Assembly (NCBI RefSeq): GCF_009914755.1
Contig: NC_060947.1
Source of the DNA: the human T2T-CHM13v2.0 reference genome, Homo sapiens
Strand: one strand, 5' to 3'
Length of the DNA stretch: 64,000 nucleotides
Made by a program: the position numbers and the translations under genes. Positions 15,078 through 30,959 of this stretch are shown here, piece by piece; position 1 is the first letter of the stretch; every line of letters starts with the position of its first letter. The notes below the pieces were generated by a model. The model was not told the DNA's origin. It saw nothing but the letters and a program-made list of their open reading frames with translations, and made no database searches.

Positions 15078-17189
15078 TCTAATCTTTGTTATTTACTTCT
15101 TTCTGCTTGCTTTGGATTTAGTTTACTCTTCTTTTCCTAGTTTTAAGATGAAAAGTTGGTTATTGATTTGAGATCTTTCTTCCTTTTAAATATAGGTACT
15201 TACAGATACAGTATAAATTTCCTCTAAGCACTGCTTTTCCTGTATCCGGTAAGTTTAGTCAGGTTGTAATTTCATTTTTATTCATCTCAAGGTATTTTCT
15301 AATTTTTCATGTGATTTATCCTTTTATCTATTGGTTATTTAGGTGGGTGTTAATTTCCACATATTTGTGAATTTCCCAAATTTCCTTCAGTTGTTGATTT
15401 CTAATTTCGTTGTACCATGATCAGAGAATATTCTTTAGATAATGTAAATCTTTTAAAGTTTATTGAGACTTTTGTTATGGCTTAACATATAATCTATCCT
15501 GGAGAATGTTCATTCTGCACTGGAGAAGAATATGTATACTGCTGTTTGGGGGTAGAGTTTTCTGTAGATGCCTGTTAGGTCTGGTTGGTATATAGTGTTA
15601 TTCAAGTCCTTTCTTAGTTGTTTAGTTGCCTAGTTTTTCTACTCATTATTTCAAGTAAGATATTGAAGTCTTTAACTATTATTATTGTTGAATTGTCCAT
15701 TTCTCCCTTCCATTCTATCAGCTTTTTGCATTATGTATTTTGAGGCTCTATTGTTAGGTGCATATATGGGATAGATTTTTGAAGGTTGTTCAACTTGTTT
15801 ATCCAAGGTGATAAAAGAATGTACTCAGACCGCAGGAAGAGATTTAACCAGATCTCTTCATGTTAGTCTCAAGGCTAAGATGGAAAAACATTGACTATTT
15901 GATAATATAGTTATGTGGGCCTTAGCAAATAAGTTCCTGAGGAAGGAAAAGTTAAAAGATGGGGCAGGGAGGGGGCGGTCCTCGTGGCCCAAAGCCTGCC
16001 TTATCTTCCACATGCCAGGACATAGGCTGTCACTAGATTCCATGCTGGTGGGAAGAGCAGCTCATGGTTGCATTTTACTCTTTGATGTTCCAAACACTCC
16101 TAAAACGAGATATTTTAAGAGAGAAATGAACAAATGAGAGTTTGCTTTGAAGTGCTCAGAAACCAAAGAATCATTCTAGACTCTTCCTTCATGAGTCATA
16201 CCTAGTTCTGTCAGTCCTACCTTTTTCCTCTTATTATAACTGAAACCTGAATGATTGAAACAGCCTCATCTCTGCTCCTCCTACCCCTCTTCTAGCCCCA
16301 AGTCTGATCTATCTCCTCACTGCCGTCAGACTACTCTTTAAAAAGGCAATTCTGATCTCCAATCACTTTTCTGTTTAAAACTTTTTACTGAAAGCAAGCA
16401 CAGTCAGTGATTTCTGTGGGGCTTTCCTCCTCTTCACCTCTCTCTACTGCTGTCACCCCAGCCCCCACTCCTCCCATAATAAGAAGCAGACCCTCCCTGC
16501 CTTTCCCACTGTCAAGGGACTCTTCTCTGAAAGAATAACATTCCCTGGGCTTCTTCACTGAATTATTCATCTTTGCTGCCTTGGTATGGCAAAACTTCTC
16601 ATTAAAAGCCCTGGTTGGGAGTGACCTACTCAGCCCAGCCCTCACAACTAGACAGAGAGAAGCCAAGGGGAGGAAGAGATGCAGTGGCAGGGGTGGGAGG
16701 CTCCCCCAAAGGGGCTGTGACAGGGAGTCCCCAAAACCCAGGGACTTGGGAAGCTGAATGGCACCTCTAGAGACTCATGGCCCTGGGGTGACCATGGTGC
16801 TCATCTGGGCTGTCATCTTTCTCCACAGCTGTGGTCAAACCCAGAGGCCTGTTTCCACCATTGATTCCCAGTCCTGGAATCTTCTGAGCACTGAGCAGTC
16901 ATAGAAAATCCAGTCATGGGATGGAAGAGACCTCAGCTGTGTAAAATGGGACGAGTTATCCCTATTGTACCTTGAGTGACTGAGGCCATGTCAGGAGGAG
17001 AGCCAGAGTGGGGGAGAGAAGACTGCATTTCTAGTTCTAGCTCTGGTATTAACTGGCTGTGTGACCCCAGGGATATTGCCTGCCTTCTCTTTGAGTCTTT
17101 GTTTGCTAGTACACAGAAGGCAACACACATGCTGATGCCATGAAGACCATGGGCTCTGCTGCCAGGCTGCAGGCCTCTGTTTCTTCCAA

Positions 17190-17345
17190 GATATGTAACC
17201 TTGAAAAACCATTTAGCTTGACAAAGCCTTAGTCTCCTCATCTGTAAAATGGGGGCAACAACAGTACCTACCTCAGACGATTGTTGAAAATGCACATAAA
17301 GCACTCAGCACATGGCCTTAATAAACACCCAATAAATGTCAGCTA
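17190..17345 (+). mobile_element. MIR (further MIR fragments at ~16930-17070)
   Basis: agtctcctcatctgtaaaatggggg...acagtacctacctcag...ttgttga...aaagcactcagcaca. Confidence 0.8.
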
Positions 17346-17952
17346 CTGGTCTCTCATCAGAGAGCCTCGTTCTCCAGAACTTGGTTTGTTGAGCCGTAAA
17401 CTGTCAGGTCTGTCTTTCTGGAAGGAATGTGACATTCTGGCCATATCGTCTCCCAGAAGAGGCTGTTTGCAGGTAGCCTGAGCCATCCCTTCAGAATATG
17501 TTTAGATCGATACACATCACACGTGATGCCATGCAAAGGCACATGACCCACCCCTCGTTTTCTCTGCACCCTTGAAAACACTGCCTTGGAGCCCAGTGCT
17601 CCTGAGCTTTAGAAGCCACCTTCTCATGATTCTGTACACAGCAGCTGTAAGAGAAACTCTGAGGGCCCACTCTCAGGGAGACAGGAAGGCTGGGGAGCCA
17701 GAGGCCAGGTGAGCTGGGGCCAGGGCAAGAGGGTCAGTAAGAAACAGGGCCCCCTTCCCCCTGGGCTTCGGGGATCCAGCTAACTGGCTGGAAATGCACC
17801 TTTGCCTGTGGCTTCTTGCCCAAGACCTGGCTAGCTTGGCTTTCCTGTTTGCTGTACATGTTGGGATTGACTTCATATTCTGCCTAGAGACTAGGACCCA
17901 TGAAGAAGGGGCCCAGGCCCTTTCTTTGTCACCTTTCAAGCCTATTAATGGT

Positions 17953-18641
<689 letters not shown>

Positions 18642-18771
18642 ATGATGCTGCAAGAAACCTTGCCACCAGAGCAGCTAAGATGAACCCCCATGGAGCCACT
18701 GCCATGCAGCATGGTAGTTCAAGCTGGGGCAGGCACCAGTGCCTCCCATCCATTCTTTCAGGTATTCATTC

Positions 18772-18905
18772 TTTTTTTTTTTTTCTCAGAGGCAGGGTCT
18801 CTCTTTGTTGCCCAGGCTGAAGTCATACTCCTGGGATCAAATGATCCTCCCACCTCGACCTCCAAAGTAGCTGGGACTGCAAGTATGTGCCACTGTACCT
18901 GGCTT
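18772..18905 (-). mobile_element. Alu monomer fragment (FLAM/FRAM)
   Basis: Poly-T, gaggcagggtctctctttgttgcccaggctg...gctgggactgc. Confidence 0.8.
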
Positions 18906-19334
18906 AATTAAAAAATCTTTAGCTGGCACCTACCCTATGCCTGGCCCTGCACTAGGTGCTGTAGGGTGCACAGTAGGCCCAGGCCTCAACTTTGTGGCGC
19001 TTAGTGGCTAGTAGGAAGGAGCCTTGCTGAAGAATCATACACATGGAAAGTGAGACACAATAGAATTTTTTAAACCCCAGGATATTGTGAACACCTATAA
19101 GACTGAGTAAGGGGCCAGGAAAGAACTCCAAGGGGGTGATGTTTAAGTCTGGACACCAAGAAAAAGAAGGCACCAGCTAGGCAAATAGTGAAGGGGAGAT
19201 TGGTGCAGGTGGAGGGATGAAGTGAATTCCTGCTTCCCAGGCAGGGCATTTCCAAACTCTTTTGTCTTAGCAGAGTGTGGCTTTTTGAGGTCTGGATGCC
19301 TGTTGGCTTCTACTGCCCTAACAAACTCTCTGAC

Positions 19335-19485
19335 TACTGCCATCTGGGCTTTGCATCAGAGTCACCAGAAAAACTTGATAAGATGCAGATGCCTGGGCTG
19401 CACCACCCTTTGAGACTTTAAGCAGGTCATGGTGGGGTCCAGGAATCTGCATTTTAACAAAGCCCCCAGGTGGATCTGCTACAAG
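19335..19485 (+). mobile_element. MER5-family DNA transposon fossil
   Basis: gcatcagagtcacc...gatgcagatgcctgggc...caggaatctgcattttaacaaagccccc. Confidence 0.75.
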
Positions 19486-20162
19486 TAGTCTGCTGTTCTG
19501 TGAATGCTTCTTTGAAGGCACTGGCAGGATAAAGTCTAAATGCCATGGCATAACCTGCGTGACTCTTCAGCTTTTCCTGTCTATTGTTATAGCTGTCTCG
19601 CTAGTCACCTTCCTCTAGGCTTCTCATGCCCACTCCCACCACACCTATCCTCCACAACATGAGTAATCATTCTCTAACCCAAACCTAAGCTTCCTACCCC
19701 TTTGCTTAGAACACCTTCTTTTATTCCTTTTTCCTTTCACAATAGATCCCCATTTCTTAACATGGTATCAATCATGCTTCTGCCACTTCCCATTTACTCT
19801 CTTCACCTTCATACCTCAAACAGTACCTGACGCTGGGAAGACATTGAACAGATATTTATTTAATTGCTACAGTAATGGGACTTAAATATGTCATATTTCA
19901 CTGAAAAACCTGGGGATATTTCAAGTTATAAAAATCATGTCCAGGAGGGAAAGAACTGTCTTTAGTTATCGGAAGTCCTGTGTCATGTGGAATCCTTGTT
20001 TTGAGTGGCCCTAGGACCAAGGAGTGGAAGTCATAAGAAGTCAGAATTTACTCAATATAAGGGATCATGTGCCATTTTTGCAAGATATAATGATCTGCTT
20101 CAAAAAATGGTAAGTTTTCTGTCTCCTGAGGTATTCTAGCATTGACTCTGTGGCAGGCATTT

Positions 20163-20208
20163 GGTGAAAATACTCAAGCATTGGGTGAAAATACTCAAGC
20201 ATTGGGTG
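20163..20208 (+). repeat. Perfect 21-bp tandem duplication
   Basis: (ggtgaaaatactcaagcattg)x2 followed by ggtg. Confidence 0.95.
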
Positions 20209-20737
20209 GAATTTGGACAAAACAACCTACTAGTGAAATCACAGGATTCTATGAGGAAGTAAAAGTGAAGAGGGGAAGAAAATAATCTCTCCATTCCAGG
20301 GAAATAGAATATTGTGGTTAATTATCATGTCACTATGCAACATGCATGAAATGCTTATTCTCCATACCATAAAATAGACCTAATAATAATAACCCTTAGT
20401 TTTTCTTTGATGATCCAGAAATTAATTTGGGCTCTTGCAATGTCTAGGGGTTCCCGTTATAAACATTAATTTTTATTATAATAGTGACATGTGGAAATGC
20501 CAGTTAAAATCTCTGCCAGAATGTCAAATAAACATGCTTTATTACTGTAACTAAAGAAATATTCTAGAAAAAAAATTTAAAAATGTATCATGCAGAGACA
20601 CAATAGCTTTCCAACTCAATTTAGTATATACAAAAAAATTACCTTAGGACAAAGAGCCATGCCATCACAATCTAAAGAATAACACTACAGATTAGAAGAC
20701 TCATTTGGCTGAAATACAGCTAATAACAAAAGCTAAT

Positions 20738-21292
<555 letters not shown>

Positions 21293-21898
21293 ACCAAAAA
21301 CTGCTGCATAGTTGTCAATTAAACAGCAATTTCCACAGTTCATTGCCAATAGCTATTTTTCTTATTTTATCTCTACATGAAAGAAACAAGGAGAGTGTGG
21401 GACTGAGTAGTAGGATCTTGGTGATCCTCCCTGTCAAGTACCTCTTTCTTTGTTCTATTTAGTATGGACACTTAGATTGTATCATTTAGGTAATTTTAAA
21501 TCAGACTTTTAAAGACTTGGGTCACTAACGAAAACCAACAACTCTGATTTTAACAACAATTTTCTGTAGCTTTTGTTTATTCAGTAAGTCAGAGACTATT
21601 GTGGAGGCACAACTTCTCAGTAGTTCCTAGGGTTACTTCCTTTTGGGAGGAGCAACAAGGATATGACAGACTCTGGGAAAATTTCTTCCAGGCCAGAGCT
21701 GCTTGCTACTGTTTGCTTCTGCCCCTTCCACTGTCTGATGCCTAAACCCTGCTTTGCTTAAAACCAAACCTTTCCTTTTTTTGCATCTCAGGTTTCATTA
21801 CTTCCCCATCCCTAACTCTCTGTGTCCTCCAAACTACAGTGTTAAAACCATAGCCCCAGATTGCCTTTAGCAATTTGCTTAACTTCTCGGTTCCTGAG

Positions 21899-22195
21899 TT
21901 TTTTTTTTTTTTAATTTTTAAATTTTTTTTTTTTGAGGCAGAATATTGCTCTGTCACCCAGGCTGGAGTGCAGTGGTGTGATACACCTCCTGGGTTCAAG
22001 TGTTTATTGTGCTTCAGCCTCCTGAGTAGCTGAGATTACAGGACATGCCACCACGCCTGGCTAATTTTTGTATTTTTAGTAGAGACGGGGTTTCACCGTG
22101 TTGGCCAGGATGGTCTCGATCTCCTCATCTTGTGATCTGCCTGCCTTGGCCTCCCAAAGTGCTGGGATTATAAGCTTGAGCCAGCACGTCCAGCA
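21899..22195 (-). mobile_element. AluS element with a small internal deletion
   Basis: Alu consensus lacking tcggctcactgca at ~21983. Confidence 0.9.
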
Positions 22196-22421
22196 TCAGT
22201 TTTATTGTCTATAAAAAGAAGGGATTGGATCTAAGCATCTTAGAGTCTGTTCCAACATTTGACCTAAAATGGCACACATATCACCATATTTTCTGCACCT
22301 CACCCCTAAACTGGACTCAACCTTCCTTTTTTAGAATTTTTCTAAAAAACCTGTTTGTTTTAAAGAGACCTTTTTGCATCTATTAAATACTGCAATCTGT
22401 CGCCAATGATATCACAAGAAC

Positions 22422-22527
22422 TGTTTGTTTTTGTTTTTGTTTGTTCGTTTGTTTTTGAGACAGAGTCTTGCTCTGTCTCTAGGCTGGAGGGCAGTGGCGT
22501 GATCTTGGCTCACTGCAACCTCCGTCT
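22422..22527 (-). mobile_element. Alu 3' fragment abutting an L1
   Basis: (GTTT)n tail, gagacagagtcttgctctg...cactgcaacctccgtct, then an abrupt switch to L1. Confidence 0.9.
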
Positions 22528-22717
22528 TATTCACACATAACACTATTAACCTTAAATGTAAATGGGCTAAATGCCCCAATTAAAAGACGACGACTGGCAA
22601 ATTGGATAAAGAGTCAAGATCCATCAGTGTGCTGTATTCAGGAGACCCATCTCATGTGCAAAGGCAAACGTAAGCTCAAAATAAAGGGATGGAGGAAGAT
22701 CTACCATGCAAATGGAA

Positions 22718-22749
<32 letters not shown>

Positions 22750-25700
22750 GCAGGAGTGGCAATCCTGGTCTCTGAGAAAACAGACTTTAAACCAACAAAG
22801 ATCAAAAGAGACAAATAAGGCCATTACATAATGGTAAAGGGATCAATTCAACAAGAAGAGCTAACTATCCTAAATATATATGCACCCAATACAGGAGCAC
22901 CCTGATTCATAAAGCAAGTTCTAAGTGACCTACAAAGATATTTAGACTCCCACACAATAATAATGGGAGACTTTAACACCTCATTGTCAATATTAGACAG
23001 ATCAATGAGACAGAAAATTAACAAGGATATTCAGGACTTGAACTCAGCTCTGGACCAAGCAGACCTAATAGACATCTACAGAACTCTCCACCCCAAATCA
23101 ACAGAATATACATTCTTCTCAGCACCACATCACACTTATTCTAAAATTGACCACATAATTGGAAGTAAAAGACTCCTTAGCAAATGTAAAAGAACAGAAA
23201 TTACAACAAACTGTCTCTCAGACCACAGTGCAATCAAATTAGAACTCAGGATTAAGAATCTCACTCAAAACCGCACAACTACATGGAAACTGAACAACCT
23301 GCTCCTGAATGACTACTGGGTAAATAACGAAATGAAAGCAGAGATAAAGATGTTCTTTGAAACCAATGAGAACAAAGGCACAACATACCAGAATCTCCTG
23401 GACACATTTAAAGCAGGGTTTAGAGGGAAATTTATAGCACTAAATGTCCACAAGAGAAAGCAGGAGAGATCTAAAATCGACACCCTAACATCACAATTTA
23501 AAGAACTAGAAAAGGAAGAGCAAACAAATTCAAAAGCTAGCAGAAGACAAGAAGTAACTAAGATCAGATCAGAACTGAAGGAGATAGAGACACAAAAAAC
23601 CCTTAAAAAAATCAATGAATCCAGGAGGTGTTTTTTTGAAAAGACCAACAAAATAGGTAGACTGCTAGCAAGATTAATAAAGAAGAAAAGAGAGAAGAAT
23701 CAAATACACGCAATAAAAAATGATAAATGGGATATCACCCCTGATCCCACAGAAATACAAACTACCATCAGAGAATACTATAACACCTCTATGCAAATTA
23801 ACTAGAAAATCTAGAAGAAATGGATAAATTCCTGGACACATACACCCTCCCAAGACAAACCACAAAGAAGTTGAATCTCTGAATAGACCAATAACAGGTT
23901 CTGAAATTGAGACAATAATTAATAGCCTACCAACCAAAAAAAAGTCCAGGACCAGATGGATTCACAGCCGAATTCTACCAGAGGTACAAAGGGGAGATGG
24001 CACCATTCCTTCTGAAACTATTACAAACAATAGAAAAAGAGGGAATCCTCCCTAACTCATTTTATGAGACCAGCATCATCCTGATACCAAAGCCTGGCAG
24101 AGACAGACACAACAAAAAAAGAGAATTTTAGGCCAGTATCCCTGATGAACATCGATGTGAAAATCCTCAACAAAATACTGGCAAACCGAGTCCAGCAGCA
24201 CATCAAAAACCTTATCCTCTGCAATCAAGTTGGCTTCATCCCTGGGATGCAAGGCTGGTTCAACATACACATATCAATAAAGGTAATCCATCACATAAAC
24301 AGAACCAATGATAAAAACCACATGATTATATCCATAGATGCAGAAAAGTCCTTTGACAAAATTCAACAGCATTTCATGCTAAAAACTCTCAATATCGATG
24401 GAACGTATCCCAAAATAATAAGAGCTATTTATGACAAACCCACAGCCAATATCATACTGAATGGGCAAAAACAGGAAGCATTCCCTTGGAAAACTGGCAC
24501 AAGACAAGGATGCCCTCTCTCACCACTCCTATTCAACATAGTATTAGAAGTTCTGGCCAGGGCAATCAGGCAAGAAAAAGCAATACAGGGTATTCAAATA
24601 GGAAGAGAGGAAGTCAAATTGTCTCTGTTTGCAGATGCCATGATTGTATATTTAGAAAACACCATTGTCTCAGCCCAAAATCTTCTCAAGCTGATGAGCA
24701 ACTTCAGCAAAGTCTAAGGATACAAAATCAATGTGCAAAAATCACAAGCATTCCTATACACCAATAACAGACAAACAGAGAGCCAAACTATGAGTGAACT
24801 CCCATTCACCATTGCTACAAAGAGAATAAAGTGCCTAGGAATACAACTTACACAGGATGTGAAGGACCCCTTCAAGAACTACAAACCACTGCTCAAGGAA
24901 ATAAGAGAGGACACAAACAAATGGAAAAACATTCCACGCACATGGATATGAAGAATCAATATCATGAAAATGGTCTTACCGCCCAAAGTAATTTATAGAT
25001 TCGATGCTATCCCCATCAAGCTATCAATGACTTTCTTCACAGAGTTGGAAAAAACTACTTTATACTTCATATGGAACCAAAAAAGAGCTCGCATAGCCAA
25101 GACAATCCTGGGCAAGACGAACAAAGCTGCAGGCATCAAGCTACCTGACTTCAAACTTTACTACAAGACTACAGTAACCAAAACAGCATGGTACCGGTAC
25201 CAAAACAGATATATAGACCAATGGAACAGAACAGAGGTCTCAGAAATAACACCACACATCTACCACCATCTGATCTTTGGCAAACCTGACAAAAATAAGA
25301 AATGGGGAAAGGATTCCCTATTTAATAAATGGTGCTGGGAAAACTGGCTAGCCATATGTGGAAAGCTGAAACTAGACCCCTTCCTTACACCTTATACAAA
25401 AATTAATTCAAGATGGATTAAAGTCTTAAACGTAAGACCTAGGACCATAAACATCCTAGAAAAAAACCTGAGCAATACCATTCAGGACATAGGCATGGGC
25501 AAAGACTTCAAGTCTAAAACACCAAAAGCAATGGCAACAAAAGCCAAAATTGACAAATGGGATCTAATTAAACTAAAGAGCTTCTGCACAGAAAAATAAA
25601 CTATTATCAGAGTGAACAGGCAACCTACAGAATGGGAGAAAATTTTTGCAATCTATCCATCTGACAAAGGGCTAATATCCAGAATCTATACAGAATTTAA

Positions 25701-26552
25701 ACAAATTTACAAGAAAAAATCAAACAACCCCATCAAAAAGTGGGTGAAGGATATGAACAGACACTTCTCAAAAGAAGACATTTATTCAGCCAACATACAT
25801 ATAAAAATGCTCATCATCACTGGTCATTAGAGAAATGCAAATCAAAACCACAATGAGATACCTTCTCAAGCCAGTTAGAATGGCAATCATTACAAAGTTA
25901 GGAAACAACAGATGCTGGAAAGGTTGTGGAAAAATAGAAACGCTTTTACACTGTTGGTGGGAGTATAAATTAGTTCAACCATTGTGGAAGATGGTGTGGC
26001 AATTCCTCAAGGATCTAGAACTAGAAATACCTTTTGACCCAGCAATTCTATTACAGGACATGTACCCAAAGGATTATAAATCATTCTGTTATAAAGACAC
26101 ATGTACACGTATGATTATTGTGGCACTATTCACAGTAGAAAAGACTTGGAACCAACCCAAATGTCCATCAATGATAGACTGGATTAAGAAGATGTGGCAC
26201 ATATACACCATGGAATACTATGCAGCCATGAAAAAGGATGAGTTTGTGTCCTCTTGTGGGACATGGATGAAGCTGGAAACTATCATTCTCAGCAAACTAT
26301 CACAAGATCAGAAAACCAAACGCCGCATGTTCTTACTCATAAGTGGGAGTCGAACAATAAGAACACGTGGACACAGGGAGGGGAACATCACACACTGTGG
26401 CCTGTCAAGGGTTGGGGGCTAGGGGAGGGATAACATTAGGAGAACTACCTAATGTAGGTGATGGGATGAAGGGTGCAGCAAACCACCATGGCACGTGTAT
26501 ACCTATGTTACAAATGTGCACGTTCTGCACATGTAACCCAGAAATTAAAGTA
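22528..26552 (+). mobile_element. L1PA (PA7/8-like), nearly full ORF2 plus 3' UTR, inactive
   Basis: Starts at ttcacacataacactattaaccttaaatg, a few codons into ORF2. ORF fragments of 280, 190, 211 and 195 aa match the endonuclease, RT and C-terminal domains. Stops and frameshifts present; catalytic FADD is mutated to FADA; A29 expansion at 22721-22749. Confidence 0.97.
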
Positions 26553-26647
26553 TACATATAATATATATATATACTCTCTCTATATATACTATATATATGC
26601 ACACATATATATAAGTTTAGTCTATGGCGGAACACTAACCGGTCTTT

Positions 26648-26666
26648 ATTGCCCCCTTGTGGTTGA
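26648..26666 (-). promoter_or_regulatory. CTCF core motif CCACAAGGGGGCA
   Basis: Plus strand tgcccccttgtgg (26650-26662) is close to the CCASYAGRKGGC consensus; CpGs retained nearby. Confidence 0.55.
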
Positions 26667-26949
26667 AAGTGGAACTGTTTCTATCTCTGCATTTATATTT
26701 AACACAAGGCTTCAGAATAATCTGATTATTACAGCAGTAGACTCAATTCAAACCAGTCATTTGACATCATGCAATTAAAGCATCTGGATGAATGAATATT
26801 TTTTATTTCTAGCAATTCTTTTATCATGGTGACCAAAGCTTAGATTCATAACCTTTCTAAACAAAAGTAGTCTCGAGTATAATCAGAAACAAAGGACAAA
26901 TCAAATAAGCACCTCTCTTTCCCCAACCCACCAGTTTTCTAATTTATCA

Positions 26950-27890
26950 GAACATAACCTTTTCTATAATATGGCAGTATATTTTTAAAATACCATAAAC
27001 AAAATTAAAAGGCAAGATCTATGGGAGGGGATTGCAGAAAACTAGCAATGTGGATAAGATCAAAGGTTAATACCCACAATATAAAAAAAGATTTCCTTGG
27101 AATCAATAAGAAACAAAAATGAATGTTCCCCAACCCCCATAAGGGTCCATTCACTCAAGGAAAAATAAAAATGGCCAATGAATGTATAAACAATTACTCT
27201 CAAAAAATTAAATAAATGTAAATGACAGCATGAGATCATTTTTTCACCCATCAGACTGCACATATGGGGTTAAAAAGGAAGATAATAGTCCATACGTTTG
27301 GGTGTTGGAAAGATAGTCTTCCTCTTATTCTACTGGTGTTGATGTCATTTGGGATAAGTTTCTAGAGGCCAATTTGCCAGTATATATTAAAATTAATAAA
27401 AAATTCATAATCTTTGACCTAGAAATTTTACTAGTAGGAAATAAACAGAGGTGAGAGTTAAGATTGATATTAAGGAACTTCACTGATGCTTTATTTTATG
27501 AAAAGAAGGCAGCTGTAAAACAACCTAAATGTCTAGCAATAAGTGTTTTATTAAAAGTTTAGCAATATGGGTAATTGTGGTAAACCCTTCAATACAATAT
27601 TATGCAAACAGCAAATATAATCTTAGAAGAATATATGTCTTAGAGAAAAGTTAAGTACTATAGATATATATTAAGTAAAAAAGATTACAGTGTGTGCAGT
27701 ATCAAATCAATTTTAAAAATACATAAATATATTAAAATCTACACTAAAATGTTAAAATCTGCTTATCTCAGGTTAATAGGATTACATTACAGATGACTTT
27801 AATTTTTTAAATCTTGCTTTTCTATTTCTTTCATTACTTCATTTTTCTACGGTGGATGTGTATGGCTTTTGTAATCAGAAAAAAAGAACA
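26950..27890 (+). mobile_element. Old L1ME-like 3' fragment
   Basis: Degenerate L1 3' motifs (tttgacctagaaattttact, aaacaacctaaatgtctagcaata). Confidence 0.65.
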
Positions 27891-28850
27891 TTTTAAAGCA
27901 TTTATCGGTCACTCTAAGTTTTCTAGCAGGGAACAAATGGAAAAAGAGAGAACTCAGAGGCTACTGGCACTTGTTCATCTATTAACAGACTCTATGTTGA
28001 GCAATATATTACAGGACACACCCTTGGATATGTCGTTTCTAAGGCAGCCAGGAACAACGTAAGAGAAAAGAGATGATATGAGCCTGTTTCTTGCTTCCTC
28101 ATGAATGCACCACAGGAAAGTGTGATTTGTATTTTTACTCTAATCAATATAGCTAATGTTGAATTAAGAGCTATTTCTTTCATTAAGGCAGCATTTCCCA
28201 ATTCTTTTTATCAATCAGTTAACTAGATGTGGCACAGCTTGGCAGGTCTGATTAAAATTCAGGAGTGTTATAGTGAGACCATTATACATTTACCCATAGT
28301 TCATACAGCACGAAAGGAACTGACAGATTACTTAAAAATACACATGCTTGCACACACAAAACCCACTGTTTAAAAAGACATTTATATATAACTGAATCAT
28401 CATTCTCTGTGTTTCCTTGGAGAAGGCAAAGAGATTTATGAAGACACAAAGATCACTGCAGCAGTTTCTATATGACTACAGGTGACGACGCCACATCTTG
28501 AGCTGTGAAGATGCTTATTTTCACTGGGAAAATATTAAGTAACTTCTTGCCCCCTTAAAAAAAAACCCTTTCACACATTATTACCACTACCATCACTAGC
28601 AGAATAAGAGATCCTTGCTCACCAGTTTTGGCAAGCATATCAGTAAGAAGGCATTTAATAATTTTTCCTTTATTCCATAAACATGCCTAGCTTTTGTCAT
28701 TATCCCTTCCTTCTCTTAAAGAGAAAGTAGTAAAGAATGAGAGCTCTTTTGGTGATGGAAACTTGAGGAAATTAAAATGACCAGTTTGGAAAAAGAAAAC
28801 ATTAGTGAATATCCCAAATCATGCACATTAACGTTTTATCAAAAGGTGTA

Positions 28851-29209
28851 TGCTATGCTCTGAATCTTTTTGTCCCCCTCCAAAATTCATAGGTTGAAAT
28901 CCTAACCCCCCAAGGTTATGGCATTATAAGGAGATGGGGCCTTTGGAAGGTGATTAGGTCACAAGGGTGAAGCCCTCATAAATGGGATTAGTGTCCTTAT
29001 AAAAGAGGCCCAGGAGAAACCCCTTCCCCCTTCCACAGAGCTGGAAGGTGCCATCTGTGAACCAGAAATCAAGACCTCACCAGACCCTGAATGTGCGGAT
29101 GCCTTGATTTTGGACTTCCTAGCCTCCAGAGCTGAGAAATGAAATTCTGTAGTTTATAGCCTACCAAGCTTATGGTATTTTGTTAGGGCAGCCCAAATGG
29201 GCTAAGACA
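28851..29209 (+). mobile_element. MLT1A0-like solo LTR
   Basis: tgctatg...tccccctccaaaattcataggttgaaatcctaacccc...gggctaagaca; 5-bp flanks gtgta / gtata. Confidence 0.9.
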
Positions 29210-29645
29210 GTATATTACAGTTTATCTGCCCTAAAATCAAGTGTAAGAAAAACACTGCACTGTAGTAAATTTTACATTTCCACAGCAAAGAGAGAAAAAA
29301 AGTGAAATGATTATCTAGATCACTGAGGAAAAAAAATTGCTGCAAGATCTACTTTGGGTAATTCAAATGAAAGTAGAGATGTCCATCCCACCTCCCAGCT
29401 TGAAATTACTCAAATTGATACCTCGATTTTCCAGTGTGTTTTAAAACTACAGTTACAAGATGGAAGACAAATTATGTATTCCACACCTTCCTGTTTCTGG
29501 AAGGACTATCGCCAAACCATTTCCAAAAAATGAGACCGTACTGTTTCTTAAGACATCATGAGGAGATTTCCCACTGGGTTATGAATGAGGCAGAAAAACA
29601 TTAAAGACAGGAAGTTGGCATTCTGTTTTTAAAATATCAGTTATG

Positions 29646-30145
<500 letters not shown>

Positions 30146-30751
30146 TAATCAGTTACAAATGAGCAAATCCTTATTAAGTGGCTTATAAATCTATGACTTT
30201 CTATATTCTAAAAGTTGCATCATTATAGACTAGTCAAAATGATTTGGGGTGCTGCATTTGAAGCATGGTCTGATAATGTGTTAAATTATAATCCTCAGAG
30301 ATGGAAATGGTACATGTGGCAAAAAAAAAAAAAAAAATCTGTTTCCCAACAAATTCCCCACCCCCAATTTCAACTGCCCAAAGTTGCAACAGGCAAAAGT
30401 AGACAGAGAGAAGAGAGTGAAATCTGTGGCAGATGGAATCAATGTAATGAAACTATATATGCTGTGGAAAGATTTGTGTCCATAATTTTAAAACCGCCAT
30501 TATGTATATTCAAGCCATTGGGTGCTAATGTATCTTTAAAATCCAATATGTGAGAGGCAAGAGAACAGAATATTTAACAAAATTATTCTTTGCTTTTCTT
30601 ATTTGTTTCACCTATATTTTCATGTTTTCCTAAGGTCTGGACAATTCACCAGTCAGGAAAATAAAGGGAATATGTCTACTCTGTTTATATTTTTTGATGG
30701 TTTAACATTTATCTTATTTTTTATGCAACGTTGTTTATTATAATATTTTTT

Positions 30752-30875
30752 CTTTTATTTGTATAAATTTAGGGGGCACAAGTGCAGTTTTGTTATATGG
30801 GTATATTGCAGATTGAAATCTGGGCTTTTAGTGTACCCATCACCAGAATAGTGTACATTGTATCCATTAAGTAAT
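30752..30875 (-). mobile_element. L1 3'-end fragment (L1PB/MA-like)
   Basis: ttgtataaatttagggggcacaagtgcagttttgttatatgg...gtacccatcacc. Confidence 0.7.
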
Positions 30876-30959
30876 GGTTTTAAATTATAATAAAGAAATA
30901 AAGTGGAAAGTTAAGATTCAATTTCCAGTCCCAATACACGTCATGCATTAGAAAGTGGT

